Shown: positions 1 through 9,367, counted from the stretch's first letter. The stretch is 24,000 bases of DNA from an uncultured Lachnospiraceae bacterium (GCA_910579285.1 CAJTTT010000003.1:21475-45474), one strand, 5' to 3'. Translations and numbers: made by a program. The notes: generated by a model from the letters alone, not told the origin.

Positions 1-1
1 T

Positions 2-715
2 CTGGTGGAAAAGCCAGGATTTGCGGCAGATACCGGCGATGAGATCACGCTGGAGACCTCGCAGGGCACACAGCAGGTAACGGTGGCCGGGATCCTAAAG
101 AATGCGCCATTTGACGGCGGGGAAGATGTGGGTACGCTGATCTGCTCAGAAGGGTTGTTCCGGGAGCTGACAGGAGAGAATGGCTATACGATTCTGGATA
201 TCCAACTGCGGGACAGATCAGATGACGCAGTGGAAAAGATACGCAGTACGGTGAAAGAGGCGTACAGCTTTTCTGACAGCCGGGCCCACAATCGGGAAAT
301 GCGGGCAGTTTACTTTTCCTTTGCCCTGTTTGTTTATGGGTTCCTGGCGGTAGTTGCGCTGATTGCCGCTTTCCATATCATCAACAGCGTTGGCATGAGC
401 GTATCTGCGCGTATTCGGCAGTATGGAGCCATGAGAGCCATCGGAATCAGTATAAGGCAGTTACAAACGATGGTTGCTGTGGAGACGCTCACTTATCTGT
501 TTGGCGGCCTGGCAGAAGGTCTGCTGCTTGGTCTGCCCCTTCATTACTGCCTGTACCGGCAGGTGATTACCACAAGATGGGGGGATGCATGGGTCCTTCC
601 GCTTGCGGAATGTCTCGTTATTGCGACGGTGATGACTGCTTCGGGGGCAGCAGCCTTGAACGGGCCGATACGAAAAATGCGGAAGATGTCGGTGGTAGAC
701 ACGATCAGTATGTAA
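2..715 (+). CDS. ABC-transporter permease, FtsX/MacB type, C-terminal part (5' end outside window)
   Basis: The reading frame is open to the window edge. The translated C-terminus has several hydrophobic helices and the segment MRAIGISIRQLQTMVAVETL, typical of the FtsX permease domain. A strong terminator follows. Confidence 0.8.
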   Translation: MVEKPGFAADTGDEITLETSQGTQQVTVAGILKNAPFDGGEDVGTLICSEGLFRELTGENGYTILDIQLRDRSDDAVEKIRSTVKEAYSFSDSRAHNREMRAVYFSFALFVYGFLAVVALIAAFHIINSVGMSVSARIRQYGAMRAIGISIRQLQTMVAVETLTYLFGGLAEGLLLGLPLHYCLYRQVITTRWGDAWVLPLAECLVIATVMTASGAAALNGPIRKMRKMSVVDTISM

Positions 716-745
716 GAGTTGCGTGAGCGACGAAAATGATGAAAG

Positions 746-784
746 GAAAATCATTTGTCTGTGGGCAGATGGTTTTCTTTTTTT
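746..784 (+). terminator. Rho-independent terminator after the permease gene
   Basis: GAAAATCATTTG (746-757) pairs with CAGATGGTTTTC (766-777) over 12 bp, including two G-U pairs. The loop is 8 nt and a T7 run follows (778-784). Confidence 0.7.
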
Positions 785-792
785 GGCGAGTA

Positions 793-846
793 TTGACAAA
801 CAGTTATTTCTGCACTAAAATAGTTCGAAATTGAAATATTCAATTT
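793..846 (+). promoter_or_regulatory. Sigma-A-type promoter plus palindromic operator upstream of the MarR gene
   Basis: TTGACA (793-798), a 17-bp spacer, then TAAAAT (816-821). A perfect inverted repeat AAATTGAA-ATA-TTCAATTT (828-846) lies between the -10 and the RBS, as expected for MarR autoregulation. Confidence 0.55.
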
Positions 847-871
847 TGTATAAATGAGAAAGGGGAGTCAT

Positions 872-1306
872 ATGAAAACGAGTATTAAGATGGCGCGCAA
901 TCTTTTACAGGCATACAGCGAAAGGTGTAAACCGCTTTGTCAAGAAATGGGGATCCCGCAGACCGCATTTGACATTCTGTTGTTTTTGGCCAATAATCCC
1001 GGTTTCGACACGGCCCGGGATATTGTTGAGACAAGATATATCAAGGCGAATCTGGTGTCCGTGAACGTGGACAGTCTTGTGAGAGAAGGGTATCTGCAAA
1101 GGGAGAAAAGCCCCGGTGACAGGAGAAAGGTCAGGCTTGTATGCACGGAAAAAGCCCGGCCCATTGTGGAGAGGGGCAGGCAGCTTCAGGAACACTTTAC
1201 GGACGAGCTGTTTCAGAATGTGGATGAACGGCTGAAGGCTGATTTTTTCCGTGTTCTTAGCATGATGGAGACAAACCTTAAGACAATGAGGGAAGGACGG
1301 GATTAA
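872..1306 (+). CDS. MarR-family transcriptional regulator
   Basis: Winged-helix core (NLVSVNVDSLVREGYLQREKSPGDRRKVRLVCTEKA) is typical of MarR. I prefer ATG 872 (MKTSIK...) because AGGGGAG lies 5 nt upstream. The ORF-track start at 854 has no RBS. Confidence 0.9.
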   Translation: MKTSIKMARNLLQAYSERCKPLCQEMGIPQTAFDILLFLANNPGFDTARDIVETRYIKANLVSVNVDSLVREGYLQREKSPGDRRKVRLVCTEKARPIVERGRQLQEHFTDELFQNVDERLKADFFRVLSMMETNLKTMREGRD

Positions 1307-1307
1307 G

Positions 1308-2093
1308 ATGAACTGGTTATGGATGATTGTGGTCACATTTTTTGCGGGAATGGGAGCAGGTTTGGGGACAGGATTTGCCGGGTTGAGTGCGGCGGCCGTC
1401 ATCAGTCCCATGCTGATTACCTTTCTGGGCATGGATGCTTATATGGCGGTGGGGATTGCCCTGTCCTCAGATGTGCTGGCCAGTGCAGCGTCGGCGTACA
1501 CTTATGGGAAGAACAGGAATCTGGATGTCAGAAACGGTCTCATTATGATGGGCAGTGTGCTGACTTTTACTGTGGTTGGAAGTTATGCGGCGAGCCTTCT
1601 TCCATCGACAGCGATGGGCGGTTTTTCCGTGTTTATGACATTTTTGCTGGGCGTTAAGTTTATCCTGAAACCCGTGATGACTACGAAGGAAGCGATGGGA
1701 GAGACCGCGGCGGGGAAGCGGGCGGTGCAGTCTCTCACAGCAGGTGTGATAATCGGCTTTATATGCGGTTTTATCGGTGCGGGCGGCGGCATGATGATGC
1801 TCTTAATTTTGACATCGGTCCTGCATTATGAATTGAAGACGGCGGTCGGCACCAGTGTATTTATTATGGCCTTTACCGCCTTTACAGGAGCGGTGTCCCA
1901 CTTTGCCATAGGAGGAATGCCGGACTGGCCGGTGTGGATGCTGTGCGTGATCTTTACGTTTATCTGGGCGAGGATCGCGGCGGTTTTCGCCAATAAGGCA
2001 CAACCAAGGACGCTGAACCGGGCAACGGGCATTGTGCTGGTGGCGCTTGGGGTTGTGGTGATGGGATTTCAGTTTTTGACCCGGGCGGCATAG
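1308..2093 (+). CDS. TauE/SafE (DUF81) family anion-exporter-like membrane protein
   Basis: 261 aa with a Gly-rich multi-TM profile. Two halves are separated by a short hydrophilic linker, the internal-duplication pattern of TauE/SafE permeases. The start is 1 nt after the marR stop, with GGAAGGA as RBS. Confidence 0.8.
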   Translation: MNWLWMIVVTFFAGMGAGLGTGFAGLSAAAVISPMLITFLGMDAYMAVGIALSSDVLASAASAYTYGKNRNLDVRNGLIMMGSVLTFTVVGSYAASLLPSTAMGGFSVFMTFLLGVKFILKPVMTTKEAMGETAAGKRAVQSLTAGVIIGFICGFIGAGGGMMMLLILTSVLHYELKTAVGTSVFIMAFTAFTGAVSHFAIGGMPDWPVWMLCVIFTFIWARIAAVFANKAQPRTLNRATGIVLVALGVVVMGFQFLTRAA

Positions 2094-2191
2094 AGCCGTG
2101 CAGGTTTGGGGTTGACAGCATTTGGGAAAGTGTGCAAGACGAGAGCAAGCACTTGCGTGTGGCTGCGGGAGAGCGGCCGAATGGGAGAGAC

Positions 2192-2770
2192 ATGGACGAG
2201 ACAAGCCGGAAGATTATTGATGCGACGATGTCCTTGGTTCGCGACAAAGGCTATGTTGCAACGACGACAAAGGATATCGCACGTTTGGCGGAGGTGAATG
2301 AGTGCACGCTGTTCCGCAAGTTTGAGAATAAGAAGGATATCGTTATGGATGGACTGGCACAGGAAAAATGGCGTGCCAATGTGAATGCGGCGGTCTTTCA
2401 GCATTTGAAGTGGGAGCTGCAGCCGGATCTGGAACTGTTTATGAACGCCTATATGGAGAGAATCACACTCGATTTTGTAAATCTGTCCATCGGCCTGCGG
2501 GCGCCCCAGCTCTATGCCGATACAACTCCCATGATTATGAAGGTTCCCCAGACATTTCTGGAGGCTTTGACAGACTATCTGAAAAAGATGGCGGAGCTTG
2601 GTAAAATCGCGGAAACAGATTTTGCAAGTATGGTTATGACCATATTTTCTTCCACTTTTGGCTATACTTTTTTAAAAGCATCCTTCGGGCAGGCGCTTTC
2701 CAAGGTGGAGCAGGAAACATTTATCAGAAACAGTGTGGAACTGTTTGTGGAGGGAATTGCGAAGGGGTAA
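2192..2770 (+). CDS. TetR/AcrR-family transcriptional regulator
   Basis: N-terminal HTH IIDATMSLVRDKGYVATTTKDIARLAEVNECTLFRKFENKKDIV is a typical TetR_N domain. I prefer ATG 2192 (MDETSRK...), preceded by GGGAGAG, over the track start at 2132. Confidence 0.88.
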   Translation: MDETSRKIIDATMSLVRDKGYVATTTKDIARLAEVNECTLFRKFENKKDIVMDGLAQEKWRANVNAAVFQHLKWELQPDLELFMNAYMERITLDFVNLSIGLRAPQLYADTTPMIMKVPQTFLEALTDYLKKMAELGKIAETDFASMVMTIFSSTFGYTFLKASFGQALSKVEQETFIRNSVELFVEGIAKG

Positions 2771-2803
2771 ATCAAGATAAGAGAATGCGAAGTATTCTCT
2801 GAG

Positions 2804-2831
2804 CCGCCGCGGCCGGGCGGCGGTATTTTTT
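2804..2831 (+). terminator. Rho-independent terminator after the TetR gene
   Basis: CCGCCGC (2804-2810) pairs with GCGGCGG (2817-2823) across a 6-nt loop. TATTTTTT follows (2824-2831). Confidence 0.75.
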
Positions 2832-3078
2832 AAAGCTTATGCAAGTAAGCACTTGTGTGGATGGCATAAATAGGATATTCCATATTCTATTAACAGTGAC
2901 TACTCAAAATACCATATTTATGTGTTGTTAATGTGTACTACATGTCGTAAATGTTGCTTTCCACTCAAAGCTAGTAAAATCACCACGATAAAAGACTTTA
3001 ATAAAAAGGCGACTCAGTAAATTAAATAGTATTGGAATGTTTAAGGATTTATACATCCTTTACCAATGCGTTAGAGTT

Positions 3079-3094
3079 TGAAAAAATGTAATTT
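3079..3094 (+). repeat. Left copy of a 16-bp imperfect direct repeat (TGAAAAAATGTAATTT)
   Basis: Matches 12010-12025 (TGAAGAAATGTAATTT) at 15 of 16 positions, including an exact 11-mer AAATGTAATTT. Confidence 0.5.
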
Positions 3095-3097
3095 ATA

Positions 3098-3126
3098 TAT
3101 ACAATTCTCAGTGCTTATGGTATGAT
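3098..3126 (+). promoter_or_regulatory. Candidate extended -10 promoter of the island operon
   Basis: TATACA (3098-3103), a 17-bp spacer with TG at 3118-3119, then TATGAT (3121-3126), i.e. TGgTATGAT. It lies about 40 nt upstream of the first island gene. AT-rich context makes this weak evidence. Confidence 0.35.
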
Positions 3127-3164
3127 TATAGTAATGTAGATTGTTTCATAAGAGGTGATTTATT

Positions 3165-3443
3165 ATGACGATGGACTTATTTTTGAATGATTATTATAAA
3201 CTGCTAAAGCTGTTGTATAACAATCAGACAATCGTACTTGATAAAAAAGTTGTTCCTTTGACGCAGATGGAGATATGCGCTGTTCTTAATATGTCAAAGG
3301 TAAAGGTCAATACAATTTTTGTTGAACTTCAAAAGGAAAATCTGCTTATTCAGGAAACAAGGGGAAAGTACAGTCTAACGGACAAGGCAGAAACTATAAT
3401 TGAAGGTATAGGTAAAATAGAGAACAAATTAACGGGGGTTTAG
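3165..3443 (+). CDS. Small winged-helix DNA-binding protein (92 aa), putative regulator of the R-M operon
   Basis: RBS AGAGGTGA lies 7 nt upstream. The segment LTQMEICAVLNMSKVKVNTIFVELQKENLLIQETRGKYSLTD has the helix-turn-helix-wing pattern of MarR/Crp-C-terminal-type wHTH domains. The stop is 3 nt before the hsdR ATG. Confidence 0.7.
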   Translation: MTMDLFLNDYYKLLKLLYNNQTIVLDKKVVPLTQMEICAVLNMSKVKVNTIFVELQKENLLIQETRGKYSLTDKAETIIEGIGKIENKLTGV

Positions 3444-3446
3444 AGT

Positions 3447-6400
3447 ATGGCATTTAATGAAAACAGCAGGGTAAAGATTCCCGGATTGCTTCATTTCCTT
3501 AGAATTGGATACATATATCAAAGTAAAAGAAATATGGACATTAGGTCACACAATAATATTTTTGCGGATGTGTTTAAGCAGTCAATCAGAAATATCAATG
3601 GAAAAAATTATTCAGATGAATGTTTAGAAGAAGCGATTAAAGAAATAGAAATTACTACGGAAAATAGAAAAGATAAAGGTCAGGCATTTTATGACAGGAT
3701 GAAAACATATAGCGATATGATGTTAGTTGACTTTGAGAAACCATTGAGGAATGATTTCCGTGTTGTGTCGGAATTGACTTTCAAAGGTGAAAGAAATGTG
3801 AAATTTCGCCCTGACATTACCATACTTGTAAATGGAATACCGTTAGGATTTGTTGAGGTGAAAAAACCCAATAATGTGAATGGCATACAAGCAGAGTTTG
3901 AAAGAATGAAAAAGGAGAGACTCTGCAAGGATGAACTTGTGCCTTTTTTCAATCAGTTTCAAGTTTTGGGATTTACGAATAATCAAAATTATGATGATGA
4001 AGCCAGAATGAAGAAACAAGGCAGTTATTATTCTACTCCCAATGGTACTTCGGTAGCGTATAACCATTTTAGAGAAGAGCAGGAGATTGCTGTAAGTGAA
4101 TTTATTTCAGATGAAGATATAGATACTGTGCTGTCCGACAATAATATGATGTCGATAAAAAATGACGCAGAGTTTAAGCAAAACATGAAAACAGATACTT
4201 TTGCCAATAGATTTATTACGTCTGTATTTTCACCAGAAAGGCTTATTTTTTTCATCAGATATGGGATTGCATATGTGAACAGTCCAGTTGATGGATTTAA
4301 TAAACATATCATCAGGTATCCACAGTATTTTGCATTGCAGGCATTATTGGCAGATTTAAAGGCGGGCATAAAAAGAGGGGTTCTTTGGCATACACAAGGC
4401 TCTGGAAAAACAGCTTTTTCATATTTCGCAACAAATGTATTGAGGGACTATTATCAGACAAAGAAGATTATCACAAAATTCTATTTTGTGGTAGACAGAC
4501 TTGACCTTTTACGACAGGCAAAAATGGAATTTGAAGCCAGAGGCATGACTATAGCGCAGATAGAAAGTAAGGCAGATTTTATTACCAATATACAATCTCC
4601 TGTAGTTATGGATGGCTCAAGCCAGCGGGGTACATATAAAGAAACAATGAATGTTGTAAATATTCAGAAGTTTTCAGATGAATCAACAGTTGTTCCTGAT
4701 GCCGACACAGTTATTCAAAGAATTTACTTTCTTGATGAAGTACATAGGGGATATAAGGAGAAAGGTACTTTTCTGGGAAATCTGTTAGGAGCAGATCCTA
4801 ATGGTATTTTCATCGGCTTAACAGGAACGCCGATTATTGATGATAAGCCAGATGAAAATGGAAGAAAACGCATAAAGAAAAAATTTAAAACAACAGATTT
4901 GTTTTGTAAGTACATACATAAATACTACTATGATAAGAGCATTAAGGATGGATATACCCTGAAAATCAAAAAAGAAAATATTGATACAAAATTTAGGACA
5001 GACTTACGAGCCATGCTGAATATTAAAGATGATGAATCTATATCTGTTGAGCAGTGGAAAGCAGCGACAAGGACACCAGAATATGTAGATCAGTTGTGCC
5101 AATATATAGTAAATGATTTTTCGATTTTTGAAGATACATACCATGATGATTCTATGGGATTTATGGTTGTTTCTACATCAACGAAACAGGCAAAAGAAAT
5201 ACAGAAATGGTTTGAAAATAATTCTGATATTCCGACTGCATTAGTTCTTTGTAATGAAGATGATAATAAAAGCAAACAAGAGTATTTCAGAGGAAAAAGA
5301 GATAATGCGACTGGTGAAACCATCATCAAATACAAAGGTGTGGTTGTATATGATATGCTTTTAACAGGATTTGATGCGCCGAGATTAAAAAGACTTTATT
5401 TGCTTAGGACTGTAAAAGAGCATAATCTATTACAAACACTTGCTAGAGTGAACAGACCATATAAAACCATGAATTATGGGTATGTTGTTGATTTTGTTGA
5501 CATTACAGAAGAATATGAGGAAACAAACAGAAGATATCTTGAAGAATTGCGTGCTGATTTAGCGGATGAAGATGGAAATTCTAATACAGAAGATATTTTT
5601 GTAGATGTTGATGCTGCAAAGAAAGGAATTGCCCATTTAGAGAATACGCTGTTTGCCTATATGGGAAATATAGAAAATAATTTAGAATCATTCAGAATGC
5701 AGATTGAACCATTGGGTGAAAAGACGGTGAGAGCCATTCATGCAGCTCTGGTTGAATATAGGGAGTGCTACAACGAATTAAAAATGTCACATGAGGATGT
5801 AAGCAATATCCCTATTGACAGGCTGGATATGGCACGCCATGAAGCAGCACACAGAATTGATATTCTTGTGGCTGAACGTTTACTGGAAAGCGATGATCCA
5901 GAGAGCGAATCAATAGATTTTACAGATTTAATTGTGGAATTTTTGAAGAGTGGGGAAATTGATTTAGACTTTACTTCTGAAGATGATTTGCTGGACATTA
6001 TAGGGAAATTTAATAATGCAAAGTCCTCAAATACTGATAAGAAAGACCCTTTGTTCCAGGATATTTATAATCGTTACAAGCAAGCTATCAAGGACTTTAA
6101 ATGTGACGTGGCAACAACAGTGAAAATTAAAGAGTTTAAGGATTCCATAAATTCGTTGACTAAAGAAATGCAAAATCTTAATGAGAATAATAATAGCTTA
6201 ACAAACAGATACCAGGGCAGTGAAGAATACATGCGGATTCATAAACGCATTGTTGAAAATTATTCAGAGAATCTGAATGATGTTGCGACTTATAAAGTTA
6301 TGGTTGATATAATTGCTGCGATTGATGATTTGTTAGGACATATGGCAAATCCGTCCCAAAATGTTGTTAAAAGAGATTTATGTAGGCCTGTTAGAGATTC

Positions 6401-6488
6401 TTTGAAAAAACAAGGGTTTACAGATGTGTCAAAGCGACAGGTAGAAAACATTATTTACATTTTTATAGATGATAAATTTACCGACTAA
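3447..6488 (+). CDS. hsdR: Type I restriction enzyme, R (restriction/translocase) subunit
   Basis: 1013 aa. The N-terminal PD-(D/E)xK nuclease motif is RPDITILVNGIPLGFVEVKKP. SF2 helicase motifs are present: HTQGSGKT (Walker A), LDEVHR (motif II) and GLTGTP (motif III). A long helical C-terminus follows, and hsdM and hsdS lie directly downstream. Confidence 0.95.
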   Translation: MAFNENSRVKIPGLLHFLRIGYIYQSKRNMDIRSHNNIFADVFKQSIRNINGKNYSDECLEEAIKEIEITTENRKDKGQAFYDRMKTYSDMMLVDFEKPLRNDFRVVSELTFKGERNVKFRPDITILVNGIPLGFVEVKKPNNVNGIQAEFERMKKERLCKDELVPFFNQFQVLGFTNNQNYDDEARMKKQGSYYSTPNGTSVAYNHFREEQEIAVSEFISDEDIDTVLSDNNMMSIKNDAEFKQNMKTDTFANRFITSVFSPERLIFFIRYGIAYVNSPVDGFNKHIIRYPQYFALQALLADLKAGIKRGVLWHTQGSGKTAFSYFATNVLRDYYQTKKIITKFYFVVDRLDLLRQAKMEFEARGMTIAQIESKADFITNIQSPVVMDGSSQRGTYKETMNVVNIQKFSDESTVVPDADTVIQRIYFLDEVHRGYKEKGTFLGNLLGADPNGIFIGLTGTPIIDDKPDENGRKRIKKKFKTTDLFCKYIHKYYYDKSIKDGYTLKIKKENIDTKFRTDLRAMLNIKDDESISVEQWKAATRTPEYVDQLCQYIVNDFSIFEDTYHDDSMGFMVVSTSTKQAKEIQKWFENNSDIPTALVLCNEDDNKSKQEYFRGKRDNATGETIIKYKGVVVYDMLLTGFDAPRLKRLYLLRTVKEHNLLQTLARVNRPYKTMNYGYVVDFVDITEEYEETNRRYLEELRADLADEDGNSNTEDIFVDVDAAKKGIAHLENTLFAYMGNIENNLESFRMQIEPLGEKTVRAIHAALVEYRECYNELKMSHEDVSNIPIDRLDMARHEAAHRIDILVAERLLESDDPESESIDFTDLIVEFLKSGEIDLDFTSEDDLLDIIGKFNNAKSSNTDKKDPLFQDIYNRYKQAIKDFKCDVATTVKIKEFKDSINSLTKEMQNLNENNNSLTNRYQGSEEYMRIHKRIVENYSENLNDVATYKVMVDIIAAIDDLLGHMANPSQNVVKRDLCRPVRDSLKKQGFTDVSKRQVENIIYIFIDDKFTD

Positions 6489-6501
6489 AGTGGAGGATAT
6501 C

Positions 6502-8094
6502 ATGGGATACGAGGAATACCTGAATAGTATTAAGAAGATGATTGACGATTTAAAAGCAATGACTGCTGATTTAGGACTTGCTAATACTGGCGATGAGTAT
6601 AAAGTCATTTCAGAGCTTTTTACATACAAATTCTTAAATGACAAATTGTTATATTCTTATGAGAATAGAGATGATAAATCAGAGAGTTTTGATGAATATA
6701 TTGATTTTGCCGATTCACAGATTGCAAGTATTGAGGAACAGTATTTGTTAAATAACCTTTTTCAGCGAAGCAACGAAAAAGATTTTCATAAAACATTTGA
6801 TAAAGCTATGATTGCTGTTAGTGATAGAAACCAAGATGTATATTCTATTGAAACAAGTACAGGGTCAAAGAAGCCTTTATTTGAACCATTAAGTGCATAT
6901 TTGCGTGACCCAGACAAGGAGAATGAACTTGCTAAACGTGCAATAAATATTCTGTGCAAGTATAACTTTGGAGATATTTATAATAAGGGATGGGATTATT
7001 TTTCATCTGTGTTTGAGTATTTGATTAAGGATTTTAATAAAGATTCTGGAAAATATGCGGAATATTATACTCCTGCATCGGCAGGAGCAATTATGGCAGA
7101 TATTCTTTATAATGATACGCCAGTTGACAATGTCACTCTTTACGACCCCGCTGCAGGTTCTGGAACGTTACTTTTATCTATGGCGGATAAAATTGGGACA
7201 AGGAATTGTACTCTTTATAGTCAAGACAGAGCGCAGAAGTCGACACAATTTTTGCGTGTCAATCTGATTCTGAATAATTTGGCACATTCCCTTGAAAATG
7301 TTGTAGAGGGAAATACGATGATAGCACCTGCTCATTTAAAGGGAGATAAAATACAACAGTTTGATTTTATCGTTTCCAATCCACCATTTAATGTAGATTT
7401 TTCGGCAGATGTTGAAACAATGAAAGTTGATAAATACGGAAGATTTTTTGCAGGCATACCTAATATCCCGCCGAAGGACAAGTCTGATATGGCAATTTAT
7501 TTGTGCTTTTTGCAGCATATACTATCATCTTTAAATGACAAGGGTAAAGCGGCGGTTGTTGTTCCTGCTGGTTTTTTGACAGTAAGCAGACGTACTTCTA
7601 AAATTGCATATATGATAAGAGAAAAAATAACAGATAAAAACTGGCTAAGGGGTGTCATTTCAATGCCAAGTAATATCTTTGCCACTACAGGAACCAATGT
7701 ATCTATTTTGTTTATTGATAAGACACGAACAAAAGAAGATAAAGATGTTATTCTGATTGACGCATCTAAGCTAGGAGATAAAGTTAAATTAGATGATGGG
7801 CAAAGGACAATTTTATCATCGGATGATGAAAAATATATTATAGATGTTTTTAAGAAAAAGAAAAAGATTGATAATTTTTCCGTTGTTGTATCAAACGAAA
7901 GAATCAAACAGCGGAAATATTCATACAGTGCAGGGCATTATTTTGACCTAAAAGTTGAATTTGAAGAAATTTCAGATGAAGAATTTTCAGAAAAAATTTC
8001 CACATACTCTACAAATTTAGATAATTACTTTGCCATAGGAAATAAACTTGAAAAAGAAATCAAACAATGGATTGAGGTATTCAAACATGAGTAA
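6502..8094 (+). CDS. hsdM: Type I restriction-modification system, M subunit (N6-adenine DNA methyltransferase)
   Basis: AdoMet motif I is DPAAGSGTLL and catalytic motif IV is SNPPFN. YYTPAS lies upstream of motif I. I prefer ATG 6502, with GGAGG 7 nt upstream, over the track start 6469, which overlaps hsdR. Confidence 0.95.
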   Translation: MGYEEYLNSIKKMIDDLKAMTADLGLANTGDEYKVISELFTYKFLNDKLLYSYENRDDKSESFDEYIDFADSQIASIEEQYLLNNLFQRSNEKDFHKTFDKAMIAVSDRNQDVYSIETSTGSKKPLFEPLSAYLRDPDKENELAKRAINILCKYNFGDIYNKGWDYFSSVFEYLIKDFNKDSGKYAEYYTPASAGAIMADILYNDTPVDNVTLYDPAAGSGTLLLSMADKIGTRNCTLYSQDRAQKSTQFLRVNLILNNLAHSLENVVEGNTMIAPAHLKGDKIQQFDFIVSNPPFNVDFSADVETMKVDKYGRFFAGIPNIPPKDKSDMAIYLCFLQHILSSLNDKGKAAVVVPAGFLTVSRRTSKIAYMIREKITDKNWLRGVISMPSNIFATTGTNVSILFIDKTRTKEDKDVILIDASKLGDKVKLDDGQRTILSSDDEKYIIDVFKKKKKIDNFSVVVSNERIKQRKYSYSAGHYFDLKVEFEEISDEEFSEKISTYSTNLDNYFAIGNKLEKEIKQWIEVFKHE

Positions 8095-9367
8095 CATTGT
8101 AAGATTAAAGGACTTATGTATAGGGCATGGAGAATATGGAATTGCTGCCGCAGGTGAACCATACAGTGAAGATAAGTATAGATATTTAAGAATAACAGAT
8201 ATTTCAGACTATGGAGAATTACTTGATTCGGAGAAAAAATCTATATCATGTGATGGATGTGAAAACTATTTTTTGGAAGAAAATGATATTGTATTTGCAC
8301 GAACAGGAAATTCAACTGGCAGGGCTTTCCTTTATGAATCAAGATATGGGAGGTTAGTATATGCAGGATTCCTTATTAAATTCCATTTAGATGATAAAAA
8401 AGTGAATCCCAAATATGTAAAGTATTATACTATATCAGATATTTATAAAAAGTGGATTACTTATAATCCAGACGGAAGTACAAGAGGGAATATGAACGCT
8501 GATGATTTGGCGGAAATACCTGTTATATTGCCGCCCAGGGAGTTTCAAGATAAAATCGTTGGTTTATTAGAACCTATATTTTTGAAAGTTGAGAACAATA
8601 ATAAGACGATTGAGGAATTGGAGAGATTTGCTAATACTATCTTTCAATATTGGTTCCTTCAATATAATTTTCCAGATGATGATGGAAAACCTTATCAATC
8701 GTCTGGTGGGGAAATGGTGTGGAATAAGAAACTTAATAGAAAAATCCCTGTGGGATGGAAAGTCAAAGAATTAAAAGAGTTTTTTACATCAGGGCGAGGT
8801 GTATCATATACTTCTGCTGAAATTGATAATGGTGGAGTTCCAATGATAAATCTGGCGTCATTTAGTCCTGATGGAAGTTATAAAGTTGATGGGCTGAAAA
8901 CATATTCTGGAAATTATACAGTAGATAAGATGCTAAAACCTTATGATTTGATTATGTGTAATACTCAGCAAACTGCTATTGACTATGAAAAGGATATTAT
9001 CGGCAAGACGCTTTTAGTTCCTGATATTTTCGAGGGTGATATTATATCTTCTCATCATGTTACAACATTAAAGGTAAAAAATCAGAATATGAAATTTTGG
9101 CTAAACAGGCTTTTTAATACACATTTCTTTCACGAATATGCAGCGCATAATACAAATGGAACAAATATATTAGGGCTTATTTTTGATGGGATAGAATTAT
9201 GTGTGATGGATATTCCAGATGAGCGTGTATTAAAGTCATTCGCAGATTTTTCTTTAGCAATAGAAAGAGAAAAAAGCAAAATTTTTCTTGAAAATAAGGA
9301 ACTTACATCAATGAGAGATTTTTATTTACCGTTGTTGATTAGCGAGCAATTACAATGTAAACAGTAA
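8087..9367 (+). CDS. hsdS: Type I restriction-modification system, S (specificity) subunit
   Basis: Two variable target-recognition regions are separated by a conserved helical spacer (ILPPREFQDKIVGLLEPIFLKVENNNKTIEELERFANTIF). The protein ends in a second helical conserved region (IPDERVLKSFADFSLAIEREKSKIFLENKEL). ATG 8087 overlaps the hsdM stop as ATGAGTAA, and GAGG lies 9 nt upstream. Confidence 0.9.
   Translation: MSNIVRLKDLCIGHGEYGIAAAGEPYSEDKYRYLRITDISDYGELLDSEKKSISCDGCENYFLEENDIVFARTGNSTGRAFLYESRYGRLVYAGFLIKFHLDDKKVNPKYVKYYTISDIYKKWITYNPDGSTRGNMNADDLAEIPVILPPREFQDKIVGLLEPIFLKVENNNKTIEELERFANTIFQYWFLQYNFPDDDGKPYQSSGGEMVWNKKLNRKIPVGWKVKELKEFFTSGRGVSYTSAEIDNGGVPMINLASFSPDGSYKVDGLKTYSGNYTVDKMLKPYDLIMCNTQQTAIDYEKDIIGKTLLVPDIFEGDIISSHHVTTLKVKNQNMKFWLNRLFNTHFFHEYAAHNTNGTNILGLIFDGIELCVMDIPDERVLKSFADFSLAIEREKSKIFLENKELTSMRDFYLPLLISEQLQCKQ

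Noticed and set aside
905-1432. 175-aa minus-strand ORF across the marR/tauE junction
   Set aside because: It overlaps two well-supported + strand genes and spans their junction. I recognise no family.
6469-6501. Upstream start codons given by the ORF track for hsdM (6469) and hsdS (8048)
   Set aside because: Both would overlap the preceding gene by 20-47 nt and lack Shine-Dalgarno sequences. ATG 6502 and ATG 8087 have properly spaced GGAGG/GAGG sites.
8087-9367. Phase-variable hsdS shufflon or SSR-controlled Type I system
   Set aside because: There is only one hsdS gene. I found no silent hsdS half-genes, no inverted repeats within it, no adjacent recombinase, and no long homopolymer or tandem repeat in hsdM or hsdS.
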